From Chrysomallon squamiferum (Eukaryota; Animalia; Mollusca), in the NCBI GenBank assembly GCA_012295275.1, contig CM022665.1:3968001-4032000 (forward strand): a stretch of 64,000 nt of DNA, written 5' to 3'. Shown one piece after another: positions 52,945-64,000 of the stretch. The notes beneath the pieces were generated by a model, which saw nothing but the letters and a program-made list of their open reading frames with translations, did no database searches and was not told the origin of the DNA. Numbering within the stretch: position 1 is the first letter of the stretch; each line of letters starts with the position of its first letter. A program made the translations under genes and the position numbers.

Positions 52945-55184
52945 GCAGTCACTTTTAAAAGTTGGCACAGAAACACATTGTCAGGCAAATTCTTCTAAAC
53001 AACAAGCTATACACAATAATGCATTGAATGTTTACAAAACAAGATGGTAGATTCATTTATAAATACAGTCGTGTTTAATAATGGTCATAAGTGAATCTAG
53101 TGTCAGTTTTAATTTATTTAAAATTTATAATCAAATTCTATTTCTTACGAAAGTTACATCTACAACATTGATTAAGCCCAATTTTCTAAAAAAAAAAAGA
53201 AGAAAAAAACAAACAATAAAAAACAAACAAAACAAACAAAACAAAACAAAAACGTCAACAAACAAACAAAAAAAGCACAAAAAAGAAAACACTGTGTGAG
53301 TCCCTGATGACAACATGTATCTGATGTATTTGTTACGCAATATACACATGTCGTTGTTGGCGTCAGTTGCATAGAATAATAAAATAAAAATAAAATGCAA
53401 AATAAAATAAAATAAATCTTGACGGCAGTGAACAGGGGGGTCGACTAGTGAACTGAACCAAGTGGAATATCGTAAATTAATAATAATAATAATAAGAAGA
53501 AGAAATCAAATTATAAAAATAAAAAAGATCAAAGGAACGCGTTTCTCTAAAGATTAAAAGGGGCTCAAGGTAACATGCAATAGCAGTCAGTGAATTAAAA
53601 CATTTCAAAACTATATTTGTAATTTTCTGCGAAATTTAAGACTCATTTTTATCGCAATGTCATTCATACAGAAAAACGTGGAAAAAAAAAATAGTAATAA
53701 TAATAATAATAATAATAATGAATAATACATGAAAAAGAAATATGAACTGATTAGGCAGTGCAAAGGTTTTTGTCGTACACTCAGTCTGTAAAGGATATTT
53801 TCACACTTCTTCATTCAAAATAATATAACGCTGAAATTGAAAATGTCACAATCCAAACATACCTCTTACGTCATCGTGATACCATATTATTAGCAAAAAG
53901 CAATCACTGGAAGAGTACATAATGTACTTAGGCAATTTTTGTTTACATCACAACAGATATAATTTTGTAAAACACATTTGTATTCATTTCCTACAATTAT
54001 ACATAATATATGTTACCTACATAATTATTTAACTAACTTTTGAACAAAACCAAGTCATACAACTTGTATATAAAGCCATTTGTCTCGGTTCTACGAAGTA
54101 AAAGAGAGACAAAAATATATTTTCATGGAGTGAAACAACTCTAAGAACAGAGCTGAAAGTTTCAAACAATCAATATTAAAGCATTGTTGGCACTAGTTTC
54201 ATTTTCGTTTTTTTCCAGTCTTTCCACTTATATTTCACATCGCTCATTCTTGTCCACAACAGTTTATCGTTCAGATCGATCCATATTTGAGGATTAATCT
54301 CGTATTTCGAGCCATCTGTATCTGAAATAATTTTTAGATGTTTTTCTTTGTTGCCTTTTCTTTATTTATTTCCTTCTTCTTTTTTTTTTTTGTTGTTGTT
54401 GTTGTTGTTGTTGTGCAGATTTGTTGCTCTTGTTGTATATATATTTCTTCGTATCTTTATAATAATAACACCAGTTACTTGCATCGATTAGCTTTAGATT
54501 ACTGCGTAATCATGTACACTTCACCGATAGATGTTTGTTTAATACATTTTACTCATATAACTCAAAATAACGTTAATGTCAGTAACAGCAATAATTAGCA
54601 TAATAGAGAATACGTTTAAAGACAAATAGGATATTTAGAGTTAAACAAAAATAAAGATTTTTCGTCCATTTTGGGGTTTTTTTGTTTTTTTGTTGTTTTT
54701 TTCGTCTTCTTTTTAAGCGAAATATTTATGATCTGTCTGGACAACGTAATGAATGAAACGGGTCATCTCAGATTTTAGTAAGCTATCTTAACATTTTAAA
54801 TTTTTATTTATTATTTGTTTTAAGTTATTCAGATTTTAAAATATTTTTACTGGCCAAATTATTTGCACCAAAAGCGAAAAGTAAAATGCTTTTCAAGATG
54901 TCGATTTTGTTATGTTCGTTAACGCTCTTTTTTTCTTTCTTTTTTTGATCATGTTGTTACTGCTGCAGCTGCTGATGATGATGGTGATGATCATTGTCAT
55001 CATCATCATCATCATCATCATCATTATTATTATTATCACTGGTGCTATTTCTATGTCTGATCAGTGTAAAAGATGTCAGAAGACTAATGTTTCCTTTATA
55101 CAGCTCCTATCCGGTTCTTATTTCACTAATAACAGTTTTACCATTCAAAAAAAAAAAAAAAAAAAAAAACATAATTTAATCCTC

Positions 55185-55578
55185 TCATAATTTAGTAACC
55201 ATGATATTTTCTGGGACTTCACCTTCTGCGTCTTCGTTCTCGCTTATAAGTCTTTCGTCCGACGTGGGCGAGTCTATAAAATCCACGTTGGTAGCCGTCA
55301 CGGTCACGTCCACCTTCACCTTTTCCGAGTTCTTTCCCTTTACTTGTCGGTACATGTCGTACGTTTTCGGAGGCGGAGACGGTGGCAGCGGCGGACGTTT
55401 TTCTATCGTATTCATGTCGTAGCAGTCGTGAATGTCGCACTCTGACGAAAAGTTACGTAACTTTTTCTGCGAGTACAGACTGTTTCGCGACATGCGCATG
55501 GGAGTGTCGTGGTGTATGTAGTCTGCGACTGTAGCGTACTGCGGTTCGAGATCGTATTTTTCATCTCTGCTGCGTAAC
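55185..55578 (-). CDS. Lectin/CUB-like type I membrane protein, last exon (cytoplasmic tail)
   Basis: tttttag|G-LRSRDEKYDLEPQYATV...KRPPLPPSPPPKTY...ENIMVTKL*. GC-rich and open, phase 2 start, TGA at 55187-55185. Confidence 0.85.
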
Positions 55579-56219
55579 CTAAAAAAATAATTTAAAAAAA
55601 AAGATTTAAAAAAAAAAAAAAAGAAAGAAGAAAAAACGTTATCGTAAATAGGTAACGCAGTGGAAGAAGCTTTGTATGAACAGATGGTTGATGTTCTGTC
55701 TGTATTGTCGCACCACTCATACATAAATGCATGTACAGTCAGAAAAAAAAAAAAACATTATGTATGTATATACCTGCAGATAAAATCAAACATCTCAAAA
55801 CCGAATAGGGTCAGGAGCAAGTGAAGGGTTAGGTTTGGAGAGGAGCGTAGTTTAATGAGTTTTTTAACTTTTACATATTTGATAAACACGCGAGCGCGGA
55901 ACTCAGACAATTCCAGTTTCTAGAGGTTTCACTACATCAAACATATATTCACGCTGATATGTATATTCTCACACACACAGACTTAGAAATATACACAATC
56001 ACCCATACACAAACAAACACACACACACACACACACACGTACACACACACACACTTATACATAGCCCGGAAAGTGTACACGCAAATCAGTTCTAAAATAT
56101 ATAAATGTGTTAAAAATAATAATAATAACAAGATAAACAATAATAAGAGCAACATTCTCGCATTAAAGGATATACACTAAACTGACACTCAACACACGCA
56201 CATGTTAACGCAAACTCAC

Positions 56220-56346
56220 AAACATACGTACATACGCATCAGGTACCTTCGTCTGCAGGTGAGGAAAATGGCGAGTGCTATTCCCATTGTACAGCAAGCG
56301 CCAATCACTCCAATTATTCCAAACACAAAAGACCAGTAAGTAAAAC
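56220..56346 (-). CDS. Lectin/CUB-like membrane protein, transmembrane exon
   Basis: attgcag|GFTYWSFVFGIIGVIGACCTMGIALAIFLTCRRR, a hydrophobic helix followed by a basic stop-transfer motif. Donor gtgagt after 56220, or gtacct after 56247; both phase 2. Confidence 0.85.
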
Positions 56347-57673
56347 CTGCAATAAATAAATAAACAAACAAATAAATAAACAAATAAAGAAACAAACAAA
56401 CAAACAAACAAACAAACAAACAAACAAATAAATAAATAAATAAATGTATGGGTCAGTTTGAATGGATGGTTACACGCACCCACATCTGCGTAGATGAATT
56501 AATATGATGGACAGTTGAACGGATCGATGGTTAAATATATAAGGCATATGTGTGAACTGCGGAATGGATATACGTATAAACAGGACGTTTTGTGTGCATG
56601 AATTTACAGGTATGTTATTTAGATATATCGGGATGTGTGGATAGTTTGTTAAAATGAGGTTATGGGCACATGGATAATGTTTATGAATTTGTGTCTGGTT
56701 ATTTTAATGAATGCATACATAAAGCACCGTATGCAGCGTTGTACAGTGTATAGAAGAAATGGGATATATAAAAACGTAGATGGTTATTTCATAAACAAAT
56801 ATGATTTTGCGTATATCGAGGACAGAGAGAAAGACGGAATAAAAGACTGGCGGATTCGGTTCCCGTTAAATTAACTGCTTTAAACTATCGATTTCAGTTC
56901 CAGTCTACGATGTGGCGTTTGAAAAACAGTTTGTATAAACTGCCTCAGTCGGAGATAACAGTGAGGAAATGAAGGGCAGTGGGATACTTTTAATTGCAGG
57001 ATATTTCTTCGGCGGCTGCCACTCGACACAATGCAGTTATCAAAGACATCCTATCGTGTGAGCATCTCTTTCAAGACTGCTAAATCCGGAAAAAGCTGAG
57101 GCTTTTTTCAACGCATTTGTATTAAGAGCTAACAAAACTGCTTCTGTTGTAAGTGGGGCAAAATCAATCCTGAACGAGTCGCCATTGCAACGACTGCGCG
57201 GGGTTCTCAATCAAGGACGATAACTCTAAGTATTGCCTCATTAAACCACTCGATGGACATGTCAAGACTTCCGGTTATCGAAACCATCAGCAATAATTCG
57301 AGTAGAGAAACATTTGAAAGAAATAAACTTATCTTAGAATCAGCATCTTATCGTAGTTAAAAGGCTTCACTTCGCCGGCTGAAGTATGCAGTTGTTTATG
57401 AAGCAAGCGTGGGATACATTTTAACACTTAATAAGTAGTAGTCCGTCTTTGCGTCAGAAAAAAAAAAAAAATGTTTTTTTTTACTAATCATGTAATTCTT
57501 TTATCAGTTTTAATATAGTTGACTTTGATGATGATGATTGATATATAGATATATATATATATTTGTTGCTGGTGACGAAGATGATGATTATGTACAGACC
57601 GGTTTTAATGTTTGTACCAACATGTTTTATAACAATGTGAAAAATAAATATAAGGTTAAAAGAAATCTCTCAC

Positions 57674-57745
57674 CATATTCGATTTCTCTGTTGGCTTCAA
57701 TGTGGGGAACTGGTGGGACCTCTGATGGTCTTGGTTGTTTTGGTT
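57674..57745 (-). CDS. Lectin/CUB-like membrane protein, Pro-rich stalk exon
   Basis: ttttcag|...|gtgaga, 72 nt, phase 1-1, EPKQPRPSEVPPVPHIEANREIEY. Confidence 0.8.
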
Positions 57746-58389
57746 CTGAAAATGAAACAAAAAAACACGTTTATTCTGGTTCCTATGTTTGTTTTTATTG
57801 AGGTAAACGTTTGTGTGTGTGTGTGTGTGTGTGTGATTAGAATAGAAGCAACTAAGCAAGATATAAATGAATATTGCATTTTGTTTCTCTGGTTATAACA
57901 GACCATAATGCTAATTAACGAGCTTCAGTCCAAAATTTATTTTACTAATAAAAGTTTCTGTAATTTGTAGTAAATATATATATATTTTTTTTAAAGTTTA
58001 TAGTATGTCTCGATCTCTTGGTAGTAATAATAACTCATAGAGAGAAGACATCGGGTTTCTTTCACAATCATTATACAAAACAATAATAATAATAATAAAG
58101 AAAAAAATATGTATGCAACTTAGTAATCATATCAAATGAACTGACGTTCTGCTAAAGAAACATAAGCGGAAAAAAAAAAAAATCGTTCTGACAGTTTCTA
58201 ACATTTAATATCCCTGGTGACTTCAGAAGGATATCGCATAACTGAATAACTTTCAAAGATTTTAAACTCGTTATGGATGTCATCTCCCTTATCGCCATAA
58301 ATCTAGATAATCATTTTCAAATCCCTAATGGGAGTGATGTGGTAACCGATACACAAGGAATAATCATGTACTGAAAGAAGATTACTTAC

Positions 58390-58425
58390 CAGAACATAAT
58401 ACTGTTACTAGGGACCCGTCCACAG
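58390..58425 (-). CDS. Lectin/CUB-like membrane protein, 36-nt exon
   Basis: cttttctgacatcag|...|gtaagt, phase 1-1, AVDGSLVTVLCS. Confidence 0.75.
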
Positions 58426-58580
58426 CTGATGTCAGAAAAGAAAAAAAATACATTAAAGGATTATTGAAGTAGTGACTATTTTGTGTTTGTTATTTATCCT
58501 ATCCTATTATTATTATTTTCTTCTTATTATTAATTTATATTGAAATAAAACTGATTTGGAAACAGAGACGTATGAAAACA

Positions 58581-58624
<44 letters not shown>

Positions 58625-58828
58625 TGCACATAGAGATAAAAAAGAGTAAAAAACGAATTAAAAACTAAAACACCCATACGCACGCATACACATACGTGCT
58701 ATCATTGTTATACAACAAACAAGAATGATGCACCTAACAGTATTTAAAATGTAAATATGTTTGGGAGTCTATATACAAATATTAGTATACATTCTTACAT
58801 TCATTTTATTATTGTTAACTATTTTTAC

Positions 58829-59200
58829 CTGAGATATTTAACCACACCATACTGGGAAAGTGTAATTTGTGCAGTCGATTGAGATGAACAGATATCGCTT
58901 TATCTCCCACAAACAGCATTTTCGACCCAAATATTAGATTGTCTTGTTGACAAGTCATGAAAGACTGAGTTGTTTGATTTTTAAACATGAGTTCAACGTC
59001 ACTACACACTGACTGGTTGTAACCGAGTCTAACATCTAATGCAGTTACGACGACTCGTGACGAAGACGTTACTGTGCAAGAACAGTTGAACGAGTTGTCT
59101 GGTGCCTCAGAATACTGTAGCGGAGTTCTCAGAAAGACGCTGCTTCCGTTTCCGGTGACGGCGCTGCAGAAGTTGACTTGCGCTGACCGGTTGGGCTGTT
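58829..59200 (-). CDS. Lectin/CUB-like membrane protein, CUB-like domain exon
   Basis: ttttcag|...|gtaaaa, 372 nt, phase 1-1, open: ...VNFCS...VFLRTPLQY...NCSCTV...VTALDVRL...VCSD...MTCQ...MVWLNIS. Cys spacing and beta-strand pattern resemble a degenerate CUB domain; several N-x-S/T sequons. Confidence 0.8.
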
Positions 59201-59625
59201 CTGAAAAACATGTCAGTAATAATTGTTTTATGTTATTCTATATATGACAGATTCATACAAATAAACAAACAAACAAACAAACAAACAAGAACAAATGAGT
59301 AAATAAACATACAAACAAACTAACAAACAAAATTATGAAAACGGGTTATTAGTTTATTTGAACAGAACTGAATTAATCTTTAAGAACTGTTTTTGATTTA
59401 TCAAGTTATTATGAATTATAAACAGTGTCCGTAAAATCCTAAGCATCTCCTATCAATAACCCTAGGGGCAATGCTTCCATTTAGGATCATAATTAGAATT
59501 AGGTTTCAGGGGATTTTGCTCGTTTGTAAGGATGGTTTCAGAGATACGATAACGTAGTCTTAAATAATCTTAGATAGGTTCCTACGTTATACAACCGTCA
59601 TACGACGATAACAAATTGTTAATAC

Positions 59626-60057
59626 CTCTGTAACATGTATAAGCCACTTGTACATATGTTGAAAATTTGTCCAACGATTGCACACCACGTGGTATCAAAA
59701 GCGCAGACGTCGAATTTAGGACGCACGTTCTTCTTTGACTGCACGTGCTCACGATCGCTAACAGCGCCTTCGTGTATAGTTCATACTCTGCTTCCGGCGA
59801 CTGGTGTCTGAGGCAATTGGCGTCCATTAATATGTCGCTTCCCAGCCTCTTGCAGCAAAATATCATGTTGTCGTGCCCTATGACCTGGCGCGTGCACACC
59901 TCCCTCTTTTTGATGCCTTGTATGACATCAGTGATGACGACCTCCTCATTGCGAAGACAGGACAGCTTCTTGTGTTGTCTGCCAGGTTCAGCAAGCTGAC
60001 AGAACGATTCAAGCATAGTGTCGCTGGAAACCCGTGAACGACATGTTCCGTTTCTCG
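59626..60057 (-). CDS. Lectin/CUB-like membrane protein, SUEL/rhamnose-binding-lectin-like domain exon
   Basis: attgcag|...|gtatta, 432 nt, phase 1-1. FC...LSC...VVITDVIQG...C...C...TCSQRRTC...STYVQVAYTC matches the Gal_lectin/SUEL scaffold ending YxxVxYxC. Confidence 0.8.
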
Positions 60058-60091
60058 CTGCAATTAGACGTCAAATAATAATAAGAAGAAA

Positions 60092-60122
<31 letters not shown>

Positions 60123-60295
60123 AGTACGTTAGGTCCTTAAATTTCATATAACTATAAGTGGACAATTTTTAGTACGCTTTCCTGTTAACTGTTCAAGCCT
60201 TCACCAGATAACTGTGTCCTGGTCAAGTTTGGACATTCTGGACATTAGTTGTTAAAGAATTTATTACAAAATAGCTTTTTGTTATAGGAAAAGAA

Positions 60296-60329
<34 letters not shown>

Positions 60330-60926
60330 AGAGAAAGAGAGTGCAAATTTGTTTATGGATAAGTATGTGTTTCTATATATGTCTCCAGTTCCTAACTTAG
60401 ATTTTAAATGCCTGTTTTAAAACATTTAGTTGATAAAATACGACTCCATGTATACATCGACAACTTATTGCATATACAGTTACTGTATAACGAAAAGACA
60501 CATGGCTCTAGCTTGGATGACAAGTAGTCGTAAGAGGATTGATCCGGCGACCTATCACGCCTCAGGCCAGCTCAATTATTACAGAAAACGTTGAACTGTC
60601 CACGTCTAACGAACACATACTGGTGTTGGCAAATTAATTGGGCGTACTTAACATTAAATTAAAGAGTGAAGTGTGATCGATGATTTTAACACTTCTCATC
60701 AATCACACGTTGTTAGCTGTCGATTTAGTCTCTCACTTGTTATTAAAGATGGATTTGTCATGGTCCATATATTAATAAAGAACGTCATATCGGTTACGAA
60801 GAGAGGGCTGTTGAGTTCTTCCAGTGTGTTATGTGTGCGTGTCTGTTTCTGTGTGTACACTATCTTTTTTTTTTTCCTTACGGTTTTTTTATTTTATATA
60901 TCAGTCTCTTCCCTCTTTGTCTGTTT

Positions 60927-61106
<180 letters not shown>

Positions 61107-62989
61107 TTTATCCAGCTTTTCGTCAGCCTCTTTCTACACCTATAATTTATTGTATCTTATTATCTTTCTTTCTCAGTAATATATATATCATTCTCTATCT
61201 ATCTTCTATCTTCCTATTTTTTTTTTCTCTCACTAATAATCTCGCTCTCTCTTTCTGCGTGTCTATCTATGTATAAAAATAATAATAACGACGACGACAA
61301 CAATCCCAGTAACAACAACAACAAAAAATAGCTAATTACACCTCAGCATCGAACTCACACCTTACAGTTATTATACAAGCCTACTGACGTTGTTAAAAGA
61401 CTGTATCTCTAACCACCTGTTAAACATAACGATGTCCGTATTATGAAAAACTCTTTCTAAGCTACTCTTTACATTTTGGATTTATTACTGCTGAAGGGAC
61501 GCTATTACACATAACAGCTTGACACTGCAAACACGAGTTTCAAATTTAAGGCGGAAATGATGATCATCTTTAGTATAAATATGGGCTCTAGGATTGCCGG
61601 ATAGAAGTGTGTTAATCTTGAAGCATCTGTTCGTTTTCCAGCCATGTTGAATAACTGAAAACAGTTTTGAGTTATATACTTACAGTGCTGTTGTTTATCT
61701 TAGTGTTTGTTTTATGGTTGTATATGTGAGCAGATGTTTCTAAGTTTATCTGTGTTATTGAGCATGCATGTAGATAGATATACGCAGAGCAGATGCATTA
61801 TACGAACAACACAGTGGTAGAGAAAACAATATTTAAGTAGATACATAGGCGTATGTACAGGGATACCAGTATACAACTATTAATTCTGTTTATTATTTGG
61901 TGAAATGTACAGATCACACATACGCACCAATGTATTGACATAACTACATACGTAATAATATATTTACATATTTATTTACACAAACATACATACATATAAG
62001 CACCTAGCTAACACACGTTAGATTTACACACACACACACACACATACACACCAATCATACCAACCATTAACACAGATATATACATATATACCCATACACT
62101 CACACAAACAGAACAAACATAAGGGGAAAAATCCACTATATTCATTTTCTGAACCTTTTTTAAAAATGTCACCTTCAATACAAAAGTAGAATAAAAAAAA
62201 AAAAAAGAATTTGAGCTGCTGGGTGGATCTAGAAACGCTGTCACGATAAAGAAGTCTATAGGTACAGAGGGATGAAATAAATTAAATTATGAATAGGAGT
62301 CTGTGTTATTTACGAGCGGCAGAGCCAGTCGAAATCAGCTTGCATGTCGATAGTCATTGACAAACACCCCTATACATTTCACTGCACTGCTCTTCTGTGC
62401 TTTAACCTTTTACTGACAAGTCAGGAAAGATCTAGGTGGATGTGTAATAAGTGATTCCCAATACTCAACAATTGTATTAAACGAAAAAAAAAAAATAATA
62501 ATAAAAATTAAAATTAAATTAAAAAAGAAAAATTAAAAAAAAAAAGGTGGAAAGAAAAAGAAAGAAATTTTGTACAGGAGAACAACAAAAACTCGTTGTT
62601 GTTTTGTGTTGTTGTTGCTGCTGCTGCTAGTGCTCCTCTTTTTCTTTTTCTTATTGTTATTATTCATACACATACAGATTCAAAGTGCGCGCGCCTCTAT
62701 AAATCTCTTCTTTGCAAAGGAATTTATTTCACTTTCAAAATCATATCACCAAAATGATGTCGCCGCCGAATGCTATTAATTCTGCCATTAGTTATGGTAA
62801 TAACAGTAGATTATTTACAAATCTCACAATATTAAGTATCGAAATACTACGACTGTCGAAAATACAACGATGGCAGAAAAATTCACATTTCAAATAACAT
62901 AAAATAAAATAATAATAAAATAATAATAACAACGTAGCCAAATAAATATCACCTACAACTATCATCATCATCATCGTCACCACCCCTAG

Positions 62990-63400
62990 TTACTTCTTCA
63001 CCAGCAACGCTAGTTGATTTCAATATCTTTTGACTGTCAAATAGTGTTTTTTGTTCATCTGTTTCCGTGGCGCACCTGTATGCGAAACAGGAAACCGACC
63101 CTTAGTATTTGTCAAGCACTTATAATACAAGGTGGATGATGAGAACAATGCGACAAAAACGTTAGTTAGGAGGCGCATATTGTCAACAGCTGACCAAAAA
63201 CGGGATCCCAGATAAAAGAAGTGTATTGTTAGCGCAACGCTCGATTGAAAACAAGGCGCGGGACCAGTTTAATAAAAAGAAGTCGAATTACTGTTACGCC
63301 TGACGCCATAAGCCTTATCGCGGGAATCGAAAAATGACTGGGGTTTAAAGGTCGGGAGGAAAGGTCGAGGTCGTAGTACATGATTCACGAGGGGTTTAAA
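62990..63400. promoter_or_regulatory. CpG-rich promoter-like segment upstream of the lectin/CUB gene
   Basis: Local GC/CpG enrichment (ggcgca, ggcgcggg, tcgcggg, tgacgcca) with no convincing ORF; positioned 5' of the minus-strand gene. Confidence 0.4.
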
Positions 63401-63516
63401 CTAAGAATATATTAGATTAAATCTGGAGCAGAATACAATTGTATTGTGGATTTTTTTTATTATTATTATTTATTTTTTTATTATTTTTTTCTAAATTTGT
63501 ATTTAATTTTTTTTTT

Positions 63517-63551
<35 letters not shown>

Positions 63552-63864
63552 ATTATTAATACTTCAAATAAACAATACATCTTACATTTTTATTATTTTA
63601 GTTATCGGGGAAATGTATAACTCCTATCATTAAAGTGATATTGACAATAAAGTGTATGTATCCGTATAAATTATCTATATTCTGTGGCTCATTGTCATTA
63701 AAATATTTACCATTTTATTTTATTTTTTTTTTTTTTTTGTTTATCGAGAATATTGAAATAAAGGTTTCAAATTAAAGGAAATAGTAAAAATAGACAAACT
63801 ATTCATGCTGCTGGTGCTGCAGCTACTACTTCTAGTACTACTACTACTACTACTACTACTACTA

Positions 63865-63911
<47 letters not shown>

Positions 63912-64000
63912 TATTATTATATAAATATTAATAATTAATAATAAATCCCTTCAGCACCTCTATAACGCTTAACGTCAATTTCACTACATTTTTTTTTTTA

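Noticed and set aside
55185-55196. C-terminal TKL as a peroxisomal PTS1 signal
   Set aside because: The protein looks like a glycosylated type I membrane protein, so a PDZ-ligand reading fits better.

Overview
This is AT-rich, microsatellite-rich, intron-rich animal genomic DNA, not prokaryotic, so most ORF-track entries are simple-repeat artefacts. A mollusc is likely (inferred from a MetaSINE-like repeat and the gene content). Three spliced genes were reconstructed by hand from GT-AG sites and frame continuity. (1) + strand, ~280-31200: the 3' part of a CELF1/2 (CUGBP/Bruno) RNA-binding protein gene, with the end of RRM2, a linker of frame-symmetric cassette-type exons (including a 9-nt microexon candidate), RRM3 and a long UG-rich 3'UTR. 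(2) - strand, 46782-35438: a 4-exon, 107-aa Rdx-family (SELENOW2/MIEN1-like) selenoprotein that the ORF track mostly misses. It has an in-frame UGA in a CxxU motif, a C-terminal CaaX box (CVLV), an extra N-terminal CxxC, and a canonical SECIS element at ~34512-34578. (3) - strand, 60057-55185 (5' end unresolved): a single-pass receptor-like protein with SUEL/rhamnose-lectin-like and CUB-like ectodomains and a Tyr/Pro-rich tail ending in a PDZ-ligand-like TKL. The window also has a 22-bp minisatellite next to the Sec exon, a 43-bp CRE-containing tandem array, a decayed SINE, and an apparent shift from CpG-poor to CpG-normal sequence near 32.3 kb. All coordinates were read by eye.
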